A stretch of DNA of 64,000 nucleotides. Origin: Rhynchopus sp. YZ270_cl-10 (lineage: Eukaryota). Positions 36,758 through 49,673 of the stretch are shown one piece after another. The position numbers were made by a program, and so were the translations under genes. How positions within the stretch are numbered: position 1 is the first letter of the stretch; the number at the start of each line of letters is the position of its first letter. The DNA lies in NCBI GenBank assembly GCA_964035575.1, contig OZ037847.1:124001-188000 (forward strand), read 5' to 3'. The notes under the pieces are model-generated. The model saw only the letters and a program-made list of their open reading frames with translations, ran no database searches and was not told the origin of the DNA.

Positions 36758-39741
36758 CACGGATGCTGCCAGATCTGGCCAGATTTGGGGGCCAATTTCC
36801 CAGATCTGGCTCGTTTTCCAGATGTGGAGATCTTGTTTCCAGATCTGGCCAGATCTGGCCAGATCTGGCCAGATCTGGGAATCTGGGAAATTTTTTTTTT
36901 CAAAAAAAAAAAAAAACTCCCCAGATCTGGCCAGATCTGGAAATCTGGCCAGTTTTTTTTTTCCCTCAGATTTCTGGCTATTGTCTTCCCAGGGAAAGGG
37001 ACTCTCGAATTTTTTTTTTCGCCCCTAAAAAGGGCTAATTTCGACGATTTGAGGCCATTTGAAGCAAAATTTGGCACTTTTGAGCATCTGTGGGGGTCTA
37101 AAACGTGGTTTTGCGAACCCGAAATTTCATGGTTTTTACCAAAGACAAGTCGATTTTTGAAAAATCTCGAAAAAAAAAATTTTTTTTTTCCGGGAAAATT
37201 TTGACCCCTGAGCAGGGTTTTTGTGTACCAAAAAGTGCAAAAAAACGCAAGAGTCGGGTGTTTTGACGATCTGGTACCGCCATATGCAGTACAGGGGCCC
37301 ACAATTTCGACTTTTTCTTAGCAATTTCCTTCATAATTTTTTTTTCTTCGATTTCTGGCAAAGGCAAATCTCAGGCAAAAAAAATTCACCCCTGATAGTG
37401 GGTCCTTGGGTGTCCAAAGATGCCAAAAACACAAAAATTTTGATGTTTTGACCATCTGTGGGCGCCTAAAACGCACTTCTCTGCCCAAAAAATGAAAATC
37501 GATTTTTCCTTAGCGTTTTTATAGCCGTGATTTTTGGGTATTTTTTCGCAAAGGGAAAAAAAAAAATATCAACCAAAATAGTGGGTCCTTGGGTGACCAA
37601 AAATGCAAAAAAACGTTTTTTTTTGGTGTTTTGACCCTTCAGAACCACCCAAAACGCACTTTTGTGTACCAAAACACGCATATTTCAGATTTCCTCAGCA
37701 ATTCCTTCACAAGTGCAAGGTGATTTTTGACCAAACTAATTTTGTGCACTTTTTTTGTGGTCACGTAACGCTAAAATCCTCTCCGTGATGCGAGAATTAC
37801 ATGTGAGAATGCGATAATGATTCTCGCATGCGAACGCCCAAAACCACGAAGGAGGACGCAAGCAAGGCTTCAGTGCACTTAGGTACAGGATGCGTCGTTT
37901 TCAGTTACAAAAAAGGGTACTGTGAAGCGGTTGAGGCACACACACAGACCCGTTGCAAAATGCATCTGGGACCCACGCTAGACCCCCCAAAAGCTGTAAA
38001 ACCATATATTTCCATCTCGCGACCCCAGCGGATGTGGACTGAGGTGTTTTTTTTTGGGTGTTTAGAAAGGTTTTTGTCCGATTGGAGAATTTTTTCGGTA
38101 AGTGTTGCATTTTGTCCCCACTGAGTGTGCACTCAGAAAACACTCATCAATAAAACGACCTTTCTGTTCGGTAAAAAATAGTTATTTTCTATCGTAGTAG
38201 TGGGTTTGTCGTGCAGTGATGTTCTTTGTACCTGGAGAGTGGGCCGAGTGCAAGGTATGTTTTTAACCCCCCGATTTTCTCCCTTTTCGACATGTTCGCT
38301 ATTTTTTAGCTATTTTTTTTTTTTGTCAACAAAAATGTCACTTTTACGTTTAAGGGGTACGGGGCGGCTTCTTGTTTGTTTGTTTGTTTTTTTGTTGTAG
38401 TCTCTACTTTTACATTCAATTTCTCTTAACAGGTACCCGAACCGACGACCCTTCATCATAACAGCGAAGCAGTGCCGACGGAAGAGCTGGTGCAATTATT
38501 TCAAAACCAGGTGGCGATCGTAAAAGTCGGGTTTATATACCAACTTTTCCATTAACCCACCCCATAGACCACCCTAATTATTATGAAACTCTTAGTCAGT
38601 CACTGCTATAGCCATTTAACCCAGGGAGCGTAGCTAGTGCAAGAAATTCGACTTCGGGATCCGGAAAGTCTGTCCTCTGCTTGCGGAGGACTAGGCACAA
38701 GAAAATATTGCGTTCCCCCAGAAAACTAATTTTTGTCACAGTAATTTTTGCCCAGGGCATGCTCTTGAAGCATGGCGGCTTGGTGTGAGAAGGGGCAGTG
38801 TATTGTTTTGTTCTAGATTTCAACGGTTGTTAGAACGAGTCAAGTGGATGCTTATCTAAACACTGACTTTAGTACAGACCCGAGAGATCACACATGACTT
38901 TGAGGAAAGAACAAAGCAATGCATCTGTACCCGCACGCCAGGTTGTAGTTACTTCAGAATTTTCTTAAGTTTGCATGAACGAGGAGGGGCGAATCATTCT
39001 TCGGGAACCATTAGCTGTATACCATGGAATGATTTTCTCAAAAACACCACGTGGGGGCTGAATTCAATCCCTTAAGAATTGCGAATTCAGCCTTTGTAGA
39101 AGGTACGTCTTACTTGTACTTGTACTTGTATGCCGTGTCCACCCTTCTCGACCTTACCGGTTCACATGTACGAATAATATTAGGCAGTGGTAACACCCTT
39201 CTCAATTGTGCAAACTTAAGAATTTTCTGCTGTAACTTACCAAAATCGATTTTCTTTCACCCCAAACACCCGCAACACCCCACCTGCTACTTCGGTAGCC
39301 TGTGTTGTTGGGAGTTGGTTCTCATGTTGATCCCCAGTGTTTTGCACTGCTTCTTCTGAGCCCAACGCTGTTTGGCCTGTCGACGTAATAAATACGAAGA
39401 CAGGGCGGCGGTGCCAACAATTTTCCAATGATGTAACGTTTATCTGATTGATTTATCGTTTGATATACCTTGTGTGTCCTACTTCGTAACTTGCACACAC
39501 GAGCAACGTATATTGAACGGTACTTCAAGCGATACTTCGTTATGTCATTGGGGGTACCTGGAAAAAAAAATTTTCCCAGACGTCCCAGATCTCCCAGATG
39601 TGGCCAGATCTGGCCAGATCTGGCCAGATCTGGGACGTCTGGGAAAAAATTTTTTTTCAAAAAAAAAAAAAATTTTCCCAGATCTGGCCAGATCTGGGCG
39701 GCCCAGATCTGGAGATCTGGCCAGATCTGGCAGCATCCGTG
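36758..39741. mobile_element. Non-autonomous TIR DNA transposon, P-element-like, ~3.0 kb (copy 1)
   Basis: TIR CACGGATGCTGCCAGATCTGGCCAGAT at both ends; exact 7-bp flanking duplication TTTCAGG (36751-36757, 39742-39748); subterminal arrays of the palindrome CCAGATCTGG; no transposase ORF. CANRG termini with a 7-bp TSD fit the P superfamily. Confidence 0.9.
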
Positions 39742-40627
39742 TTTCAGGACTGTGTCATATGGTAATAAAGAAAGAAATTTGGAACACTCCAACCAAGGTT
39801 AGCCAGCTTTAAAGAAACAAAATCTTGAAAGTGCAAACGTGCCAAGGACCACGGCCATGCGGACTCTCTACAGTTGTGGTGGTGACTCTGAGTCACTCTA
39901 TTCACTCTGGAGAATATACGGTACAGAGTACCAGAGATCCTTGTAGCGTGTAGTGAACCCGGGAAACGAGAAAAGCTTCTAGTGGCACCGCCGTTAATGC
40001 GCCTGACACTTCGGGGGTGAGAAAAATTGGGGGATAGTAAGACCGTATCTATAAAAATGTTGGGCTGGAAAAAAGTTGAATCGTGAAAAAGTTTGGTACT
40101 TTTGGGAATTTTTGGGAATTGGGACTTTTTCCTGTCAGGAGCAAAAGTACTTGTGATTTTTTTTAAAATAGATCTCGGTCCAATATTTTTATAGATACGT
40201 AAAAAGGTGACTCGAAATACAAAGGCCCTCTCGTGACAGTGTGCCTTTTGAAAGAAAGCAAAGAACAAATTATGCCTAAACCTCTCGTCTGCCACCTAAA
40301 AAGTGACAGCACAAAAGGGCTCAGGTTTTTCAGTGCACCCACTCAACAGATACAGATAAAAACAACGAACGAGCTAAGGGGCCCACTGATGATTTTTTTA
40401 CCATAGGCTCGGCAATACTGGTAAAATCAGAGGTGGGGGAAAACACTGATGGGGTGGAAAGGAAAATAACTGATGGTTTTTTGAGGACCTCGGGACGGTT
40501 TTGGCTCTTCGGCCTCATTGAAAAACATGAAGTATGACTGCTTCACAGGGTGCGTCAACAGAAAATCGAAAGTGCAAACGCCTCTGTGGCAGACACGAAA
40601 CTCAAACCACAAATGCCCCCAACCTCA

Positions 40628-43246
40628 TCACCACAACGACATATCCGTCAACTTGAGCTTCTGCTCCGACACCATGGTGGCAAGCTCCGCATTCTGCACA
40701 TAGTCGTCGGGTATGCGCTTCTCCAGTGCCTCTGCCTCCTCCCACTTGCCTTTCTGAATGGCAACAAATATCTCGTTTTCACGAGTCTCTGGGTTCTGGG
40801 TTGCCTCCTCCAGCTGGTACATCCACTCATTCTCCGCAAGCTGCATTTGAGATGACACAATACTGACCAGGTTAGGCGCGTTCGGGCGTGGGGCCTTGGG
40901 TGAGACAACAAAGAGTGTATGCTTGAACCTGAACAGTCCGTTGCATGCATCCGAAATAGACGCGTCAGTGATAAGCGCACCATCGTACATCTTAGATATG
41001 CGCTCAAGCGCAATGCCCCACGACACACTCTGCCCGAGCGTCGAGAACCGCTTCATCGTGTCGCTCCCGAAGTGCCCCGTCAGCACACTCCCTGCCACCA
41101 CAGACGCAGAGGCAGACAGCTGCAAGGTTTCCTTCACCTGGCGGAGGACCTCCAGCCCAATAGCAGTGGCACCTTCCCTGTAGGCACCAGTGTGTCGCAC
41201 ACCATTAAAGGTGACCACCATCCTGTCGCCAGTGAAGGTCTCGGGCACACCACCTCTGCACTGTGCTGTTTCCTGCACAAGTTGTACGTACTTCTTGTGG
41301 CGCTCCTGGATCTCGGGGTCGGAGCCCGTCAGTACACGTCTGTGGAAGCCGACGAGGTTGGCCATGAGGAAGGACATGTTCTTCTTGAGAATGCGTGGCG
41401 CCAGTGCATGGTGCCTCTGGATCTGACGGTCCGAGGACACAGCAGTGCGCTGCGACATGTTCGTGGCAGAGGTGTTGTCGGTAGAGCCACCCGTCTCGTC
41501 CTTGTCGTCCGCCTCCGCATCATCAGCCCCATACTTCTCAAGTATGGTGCGCGGCAGGTACCTGCGGTACTCAATCAGGTTGTCCACAATCTGCACAAAC
41601 GACTGAATGATGTCCGACGGGTTCTCGATAGTACGGATATCTTCCAACTCCTCCAGCTTCATTAACGCAATGCTCTTCGCACAACGCATGGCAACAGCCT
41701 TCTCGGAGAAGAGCTTTGAGATCCGCATCTGGTCACGCACAACACGTATCCCAATCAATGGCCCGCCAATCAGCAGCAAGACACCCACAATTGCGACAAT
41801 CACAAAGACAACCGTTAAGTCCGTGCCCGTTTCAGACGAGAAGGGGCAGTTTGTGTTGCCAAGACCTGAGTTTGAAGTGCCGTCGGGGCAAGGTGTGCAC
41901 GAGGTGGTGGAGGCATCAGCATACGTCCCTTCGGGGCAGGGGTCACACGAAGACGCAGAATCTTCGCTGTGCGTGCCTGGGGGACAAGGAAGGCACTCCT
42001 CCGACCCCTCAACGAGGTTGGTCACGAGTGAGTACGTCCCTGCAGTGCAGTTCTGACAGTCAATGATGTACTGTGGTGGAGAGTGGCTGATCTTCAGGGT
42101 GTACCGCGTGCCGTTCCCACACTGCGCACCATGCAGAGTCAGCGAGCCGATGTCGTACATCCCGTCCACAAGGAACTGCATCTTCACAGCGAGGTAGAAA
42201 TCACTCGTACAGCCTCCAGGTCCGTCACGTGGCACAAGCGCTCCCCTGTTCCACACAGGGTAGCAGAAAGGGTCAAAGCCACCCTTCATCTCCGCAACTG
42301 TTGAATGGAAGAGGTCGACTGTTCCTTGGCCCACTTCAAATGAAGGATCGTAGTTAATAGACACACCAGCAGGGTACCCATACCACAGGTTGTGGCTTCC
42401 GCTCTTGAACGTACCTGAGTACGACCTGTTCATCAGCTCAGTGTAGATGGGTCCCCAGTTGAAGTTTGATGACGTAAGCACAGTCTCCCCAATGATCTTC
42501 CGCCCGTCCGTGTTATCAGCAATACTGTGGATCCCGTTTGCCTTTGCGTACAGTGCACCCTCCTGTGTGTCGGTGTGGTAGGCAATCACATCACATCCCA
42601 TTGCATGCAAACGACGTGCAGCCTCACGCTCCTTCACGGGATCGTTGAAGGTGTCAATCCAGATCACCACCATGTCAACTTTGTGCTCAACGTATGTGGA
42701 GTTCATGATGGCACCTGCCCCTTTCTGCATACCGAGGTAGAAGGCGTTGGCAGAACGGTACACTTCCGCAATCTTTAGGGAAGTGATATAGCCGACACGT
42801 TTTGCTGTGCTTGTACCACCTGCAACCACACCAGACACGTAACGTGAGTGATAGACACGCCCGTGTGCTGTGACAAAGTTATCCGGTCCAGAGTAAAACC
42901 CTGAGATGTGCACGACGTCTACACTTGGGTGCAGTTTCGCAAGAGCAAAGGCCTCCTCGTGGTAGATGAAGGAGCACGCCACAATCAGGTCGATGCCCTG
43001 TTCGCTCAGAGCCAGCATGCGTGTCTTTGCTTCTGCAGGGCTCAGTGCTTCGTAGATATCTGCCTTTACTGTGTCGCCACGGGACTTAAGGTATTGCGTT
43101 ATCACATCCTGTGCACGGATCCTTCCTTCGTTGTGTGTGTACGACCATCCCAGGTCAGAGATCTCGCCGCTGTAGAAGAAAGCAGCCCTGAAGACACGAG
43201 CCTCTGCAAGCACCGTGGCCAAGCAGACAAGCAGGAGACGGGTCAT
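40628..43246 (-). CDS. BMP-domain receptor pseudo-cyclase (~872 aa)
   Basis: Paralog of 33050-35671; start placed at MTRLLLVCLATVLAEA (ATG 43246); FLMANLVGF / GVPETFTGDR / TLGQSVSWGIALE. Confidence 0.9.
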   Translation of the reverse strand: MTRLLLVCLATVLAEARVFRAAFFYSGEISDLGWSYTHNEGRIRAQDVITQYLKSRGDTVKADIYEALSPAEAKTRMLALSEQGIDLIVACSFIYHEEAFALAKLHPSVDVVHISGFYSGPDNFVTAHGRVYHSRYVSGVVAGGTSTAKRVGYITSLKIAEVYRSANAFYLGMQKGAGAIMNSTYVEHKVDMVVIWIDTFNDPVKEREAARRLHAMGCDVIAYHTDTQEGALYAKANGIHSIADNTDGRKIIGETVLTSSNFNWGPIYTELMNRSYSGTFKSGSHNLWYGYPAGVSINYDPSFEVGQGTVDLFHSTVAEMKGGFDPFCYPVWNRGALVPRDGPGGCTSDFYLAVKMQFLVDGMYDIGSLTLHGAQCGNGTRYTLKISHSPPQYIIDCQNCTAGTYSLVTNLVEGSEECLPCPPGTHSEDSASSCDPCPEGTYADASTTSCTPCPDGTSNSGLGNTNCPFSSETGTDLTVVFVIVAIVGVLLLIGGPLIGIRVVRDQMRISKLFSEKAVAMRCAKSIALMKLEELEDIRTIENPSDIIQSFVQIVDNLIEYRRYLPRTILEKYGADDAEADDKDETGGSTDNTSATNMSQRTAVSSDRQIQRHHALAPRILKKNMSFLMANLVGFHRRVLTGSDPEIQERHKKYVQLVQETAQCRGGVPETFTGDRMVVTFNGVRHTGAYREGATAIGLEVLRQVKETLQLSASASVVAGSVLTGHFGSDTMKRFSTLGQSVSWGIALERISKMYDGALITDASISDACNGLFRFKHTLFVVSPKAPRPNAPNLVSIVSSQMQLAENEWMYQLEEATQNPETRENEIFVAIQKGKWEEAEALEKRIPDDYVQNAELATMVSEQKLKLTDMSLW

Positions 43247-45140
43247 TGTTGGGAAGGGGATGAGGCGGAGCAGGACAGAAGCAGATGCGCAGCACCTCGT
43301 CAGACTAGGCAAGGCGCTACGTCGCTGCAGAACATATGTGGAAAAGTGGAAAAAAGAAACAAACAAAAAAATATGAGATTGTGGCTACGTCCTGTGTCAG
43401 AAGGATGTAGGGAGTGGAGAAGGTGGCGGGCAACACAATGACACCCCGCTTTTGTTTTTGTACTTGACAAATTTGATTATTGTGCATGAGGGGTTGGGTA
43501 CAGGTTTCCACACACAACACACAACACAGAAAGACTTCGTACATTGACTGGCTGAAGGCCCTGCTTTCTGGGGACAAATGAACTGACTGCCCTTTTTTTT
43601 GTTGACACAACATCGATGGAAATCGAGCACACCAAAGGAAATAACAGAAAGAAATGAAAGAAAAGAGAAAAAATTCTGAGGCGAACACAAGAGGGTGGCA
43701 TGGCTCATTTGCAACTTTATTCAACTTAAACTACTAAAAGAGTGCCGATGTTGTGGCTCGAATATAACAAAGGGTTGAGAAATGGGGTTTTTCATTTCTT
43801 TCTCTCTCGAATATAAGAAGGTATCTTATATGCCACTGTTACGTAGCTTTTTATCTCGAGCACTGTGTCCTAATTGCACCCCACATGGATCGGAGGGAGG
43901 GGTTTTTAGAGGAAATTAGTTGTACTTTCCAATCAAAGCACAAAGACGTTCAAAACCAATAGGAAACTGACTAGGAAAGAAACAAAAAAAACTTGTCAAC
44001 ATGCCACTCTGCGTATCTAAAAATAGAACATCATGCGCGCTGCAACGTATTCGCATTGCTTTGTAGAATATACTCCTTTGGAGAAGTGGCACTGCAAACA
44101 ACGGCTGCTTCACCTGCAACCAGAAGGCTTAGGGAAAAATTCATATCGGAGCATTGTCCCCCTTCGCCACCCCAAAATACATTTGCATCATAACATGCTC
44201 ATGAGCAAGTTGCATACCAGCATGTTACCGGGTAACATTGCATATGTACGCTCCTCCTCCTAGATTTGCGTACACTGGATACCTTGTGACATGCTTTTTG
44301 CATGAAAATCATATGTTAAAATGACACGAAAACGACACAAAAAAGCATGGTGCCGTGTAACATGTTACATGCATGACATGCTTATCATGTCCTTTTAACA
44401 TGCTATGATCATGCATCATATTCAAGGTTGCCGTGTACCTATTTTCCTTGCGAATTAAATTTTGTGCCAAGAAACGAGAGGCACATGGGCATAGTATTTT
44501 GAAAAAAGAAAACACGAAACCAATAAAAAACCTGTCCCCCCCCATGTGTAACCCCGCTGCGTGGACTAACAAGAAGCCCGCAGTAGCGGCAACAACACGG
44601 GAAGACGTTGTGGCACACACGCCCATAACGTTAGGTAACTGTTGAAGAAAAAAAACAAGAAGCAGAAGAAAAGGAAAGAACAAGCACTGCAGAAACACGG
44701 AAACCTAAATATACAAGGTGGAGTAACTGAATAGGAAGGAGCCGCGTGGCACATCGTTCTGTGTCGGTATTTCGGGACATTAGGGAGCACACTGACCACT
44801 GCCACATGTGGTTTGCTTCTCAGACCAGCAATGGAAACCCACGCTGGTCCAATTCAACAAACGAGCAAAAGGGAATGAGGGAACGAATTGGTAGATTACT
44901 GGGGCTCACCATCTTGAGCAAAGAACACAGACGTAAGGGAAAACTTGAAACCCGTAAAATTGAACGGATGTGCCTGTTCCGCACACAAAAAAAAAAAAAA
45001 AAAATAGTAACTCTGATAGGTAAGTCAAAGGAAAAAAGGGTTTTTTAGTAGATCGCACCGGATTTCTGTGGAGTGTAGGGATAAATCAATTTTTTTTCTG
45101 TGAAGTTGTGTCGCTCTCGCCAAAAATTCGGGCACACTGG

Positions 45141-45285
45141 AGGTACCCTAACTGTTCGGTCCAATTCGGTGTAATTCGGTCCATTTCGTTTTTTTTTTTT
45201 TTCGCAAAGGGAAATTTCCCCTTGTACCAGAAAAACCGAAAAAAACGAAATGAAAACCGAAAAAAACCGAAATGTTAGGGTACCT
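45141..45285. mobile_element. Small foldback/MITE-like element
   Basis: AGGTACCCTAAC (45141) and GTTAGGGTACCT (45274-45285) are inverted repeats; internal TTCGGT / ACCGAA repeats are in mirror arrangement. Confidence 0.55.
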
Positions 45286-45736
45286 TTTTTGGTCGATTTC
45301 GTTTTTTTTCCAAAGGGGGGACCCTTTGGTCGCCGAAATTCCCCAGCCAAATTTGGTCGCAAAATCGGCCGATTTTTCAAAAATCTCAAAAAAAAAAAAA
45401 AAAGGGAGATAGTCAGACTCAGAGCTCGCGCTAAAGTCCATCCCTCATCCCGGGATTTTTGGGGGTTTTGGTAGGAACGTTTTTTTTTTGCAGTACGGGG
45501 ATTTCATTAAGAAACCAGAAGTTCTAATATTGTTGAGTCAGACCACCACATAGTGGACTTGCATATACATGTGACCCCGCCGTGGAACGCAATTGGCTCG
45601 GAAAGTCAAAAGAAAGAGGAGAAAAAAAAAAAAAGAGAAAAAAAAAAAAAGTTGGTTACCGTGCGCCTGCGGCGCTGCCTGTTCCCTTCCAGTTTCTACA
45701 GGCAAACACTTGCCCCCTTTACCTTACACTGACGGG

Positions 45737-46185
45737 TTTTGACCAAAACCAAGAACTTGTCCATTTCGGCAAATTGACCCCACCACAGAACGGACGGATT
45801 CCGGAAATGCAAATGCCGGTGTTTTCGCGCATTTTCATGTTTCAAGACGTCAGGATCAGGGAGAGAAAATCTGGTTGTGGGATTTACCTTGGCCCTCTTT
45901 ACCCACATGGATTTTGACCAAAACCAAAAAATTGGCCATTTCGGCAAAGTGACCCCACCACAGCGCGGACGGATTCCGGAAATTCCAATCGCGGTATGTA
46001 TTGGGGCTGAAAACCCACTGATTTTCAGGAGAAAAATTGCTTCCAAATCTCGGAATTTTCCGAATTTTCCTGAAAATGACCCTTGTTTACGAGTATGGGT
46101 TCATATTTTGCGAAAATTTAAGTCACTAAAATTTTGTCCATTTTCCCGTATATACCCCACCACAAGCCGGGATTGGCCCGGAAAT
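45737..46185. repeat. Degenerate ~175-200-bp tandem repeat (2 clear copies plus 1 diverged); another copy at ~56365
   Basis: ttttgaccaaaacca...ccatttcggcaaa.tgaccccaccacag..cggacggattccggaaat at 45737 and 45912; weaker copy near 46131. Confidence 0.75.
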
Positions 46186-46305
46186 GCCACAAAACGGGGT
46201 TTCCGGGCCTCCCCAGCTAACCTTTTCAAGGAACGTTTTTCCGTACCCGAAATCCATTTTTTCCCCATTTTTTCCCATAATTAGCGCGACCACTGGTCAG
46301 ACTTA

Positions 46306-48111
46306 CCCTACCCTATTTTGAAAAAGTTCAGACTTGCCCTATGAAAAAGTTCAGACTTGCCCTAAAAGTGTTTTTAGGGCAAGTCTGAACTTATTTTTAG
46401 GGCAAACACTTTTTTTAGGGCAAGTCTGAACTTTTTTAGGGCAAGTCTGAACTTATTTTAGGGCAACAAGTCAGGCCACTTTGGCTGGGGCACTCTTGGG
46501 GCCCCATGGTATGGTGGTATGACTTGTTTTATTGCCCTAAAATGCCTAACCGAGCCGGAGCCCAAAAATTGATGCCAGAAACCACCAGCCACCCGGAAAG
46601 GGTGAACAGGCAGTCCACGTTGGGCCAGAACCGGTTACAAAGGAAGCCGTGTTCTGGGGCAACGTGGGGCGCAAAGTTTTACAATTTTCATGCACGGGTG
46701 CTCCACAAATTACCAAGTATTCCTTCTTTGTTGAATTGAGAGAGAGTCAGTGTTTAGCTACCACGCGGGTTTGCTTAGAATCCTTCGAGGCCGGCACAAT
46801 TTTATTTATGTGGTCGGTTAAGACATGCCTATTGAAGAACAACGAGGTCATCGTTGAAAGGAGCGAACTCCCCTTCCCACAACATCTCTCACATTTCAAC
46901 TCAGAATTCATACTTGGTTATTTGCTTTGTCCATACGCAATCAAATTGTCGTGCTTTCAAGAGCATGCCTGGCCAAAATGCAACAACGTGGAAAAATTGT
47001 TGTTGTTCCAAAAGGCAACAAGACCACCCACAACAAGGGGTTGAATTGTGCACTGTCCGGGGGAGCGCAAAGTTTTTTCCCTGTACACAGTGGACACATC
47101 TTTATCACTTTGTTCCCACGGGGACACATTTGGATACTGCACGCATGCAGAAGTGCCAAACATGTCCGCACGTGGAGTGGAGTGTCCATCATGTTTTCCT
47201 GGTTTCCAAAAAGCAGTTTTCTTGCACTTACTATTTGCCCCGGTGTCTGGCAATAGAAGTGGCTAACATTGTAATGAGTAGCATATACATACCGTTGATC
47301 CAAATGAGTAAGGCGACCAACAAGTCCTCTGGACTTTTTTGTTGTGACGACAATCGCGGAGTAATCCCGGAGAATTACATCCTCGTATAAAAAGTTAAAG
47401 GTAGAGGTGGGGAAACTGTAGCTATAGAAATAGTTGTTGCAGTAGTGCAGACACCCGAGGGTGCACCACTATGCTTTTCTTTGGTTGTATCGACAATTTT
47501 ACGTACATGATGTAGGACCTGTACAATGTCGCCCAAAGGCTTTGTACTTACTGCAGTAATCGGTATTTTTTTTTTGTTACTACTACGTCGTGTTCTATGA
47601 GGAGTCGCGTTTGGGTGCGGAAGTCTTTTTTCTGGTCTCTGTTCTGTACGGGTCTCGGATCGTGGTGCGGTACTGCGGTGCGGTACCTGAGAGTTTTTTA
47701 GAGTGATGATAAAGGTCAGAGGGTTTTCCCCTCCCATTTGTGTCATTATTTAATTTTGCTCGGAAAGTGGGGTGTCCTGGACACGAGGAAATTCAGTTGC
47801 ATGGAAAAAAAGCTCCATACCATAGGTTGCTCATTTCACTACCAGGACTCGTCGCGAATAGCCCATACGTGCCCTAAACAGAAACGCAAAAACGACGACC
47901 GCCGGGCTCTGTAACCCAAGAGCCCCCAGCTTGCCCAATAAATAAGTGCAGGGTTGCCCTAAAAAAGTTCAGACTTGCCCTAAAAAAAGTGTTTGCCCTA
48001 AAAATAAGTTCAGACTTGCCCGAAATAAGTTCAGACTTGCCCTAAAAACACTTTTAGGGCAAGTCTGAACTTATTTCGGGCAAGTCTGAACTTTTTCAAA
48101 ATAGGGTAGGG
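46306..48111. mobile_element. Non-autonomous foldback-type DNA transposon, ~1.8 kb, TA-flanked
   Basis: Perfect 34-bp TIR CCCTACCCTATTTTGAAAAAGTTCAGACTTGCCC, TA on both sides, ~160 bp of subterminal GTTCAGACTTGCCCTA repeats in both orientations at each end. The inverted match can be extended to 46296/48121, so exact ends are uncertain. Confidence 0.85.
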
Positions 48112-49214
48112 TAAATCTGACTATTTCCCAAAAAAAAAATTTTTTTTTTTCACAAGTGTTTTTGAGGCCTGCTCACTACACCCTAGGTACCCTTCTGAGA
48201 CCAAAAAGTCAAAAAAAGCATGAATTGGGCTGTTTTGAGCATCTAGAGTTTATTCCCCAGCCATTTTCTGTACCACCAGTGCACTTTGTATGGGCCAGCG
48301 CCTTGTCGAAAAATCGAAAAATCTCAAAAAAAAAAAATTTTTTTTTCGGGAAAATTTCGACCACTGAGGTGGGTCTTTGGGCACCAAAAAATGCAAAAAA
48401 AATGCAAAAATCGGGTGTTTTGACCATCTGTGGTTACACAAAACACACTTCTGTGTACAAGCCTACACCAATACAGTGGTAATACAAGGCGATTTTTGAC
48501 CAAAAAAAAAATTTTTTTTTTCGCCCAAAATCGGGCGTGGTACGTCATAAAATGGCCCAAAAAATCCAAGGAAAACCTTCGATTGGGCAAATTATGAAAA
48601 AAATTTTCAAGTCAAATTTTCAACCAAAATACGGTCATTTTGTTCACACAGTGATTCTACGTCATGCTAGCTTCCTGTGCAGAACTCCAGCAATTCACCA
48701 ATGCCGGCATCTATCTTTCCATTATCGCCATTGCACTTCGTTCACGCCATTGCACTTCGGTCATTTTGTGCATACCCTGTGACTGTGGTGGCTAGAGAAC
48801 ACGCACATGCAGACCCGTTCCTTGCAATTTCCAGTGTTGTGTTTATCAATGCATGCATCCAGAGGACCTCTGGTTTACGAAATCGTAGGCACTCCTGTGC
48901 AAAAATGAAGTCGGTTTTTGACCCAAAATCGGGGTGGGTGGGCCATAATTTGCTCCAAATTTGGCCGAAAATTGGGATTTTTCTGAAAATTTCATTGTGC
49001 CCAGCAAAAATCCTTGATTTTTTGAAGAATTTTCCAAAAAATATGCTATACCCCCTATGACTGGACCCAACTCCCCTCACCCTTTTTTTCCCCGAAAAAA
49101 GCCCCCAAAATTCCTACCATTTTTACCATTTTTACCATTTTTGACCAATTTAGGGTACCTCCACTCAGATATGTTTCATTTCCTCCCCTACAACCTTTGC
49201 AAGACAGTTGTTTC

Positions 49215-49245
<31 letters not shown>

Positions 49246-49673
49246 TCACAAAAAACGTTGATAAGAGTTGACAAGATGAACCACAGGCTTACCTTGAAGG
49301 GAGCATAGAAACTGACCTAAGGAATGAGAGTGTGTAAAATAAGAAAACAAGGGAAGTAACAACACTACAAGTGTTCGTCGCAACAATGTCCGTGCGAACG
49401 AGGAAACACTAAGCCACCCCAGAAGGGTGTCCAGTACGGATATCTAAGTTATCCGCAAGTGCCATCCACATATGACAGGCATTTGAGGGAGTGGCTTTGC
49501 CGATAGGTGCCAGATGGCACAAAGTTGCTTTGCTTTCAACTGAAGAATCAGCGCTTAAAACAAAACTAACAAGCTCGGTGTTTGATCCACGCCGACCTTG
49601 TACACTGTTTGCAAGTGGTTTGAGATGGGTTCTTTCAGTACACTAATACACAAGGAGAAGGTGAGCAACCTCA

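Noticed and set aside
36595..37302. ORFs with RSGQIWPDL repeats (also 39.3-39.8, 58.7-59.2 and 61.1-62.1 kb)
   Set aside because: Translations of the CCAGATCTGG palindromic subterminal arrays, open on both strands; not protein-like.
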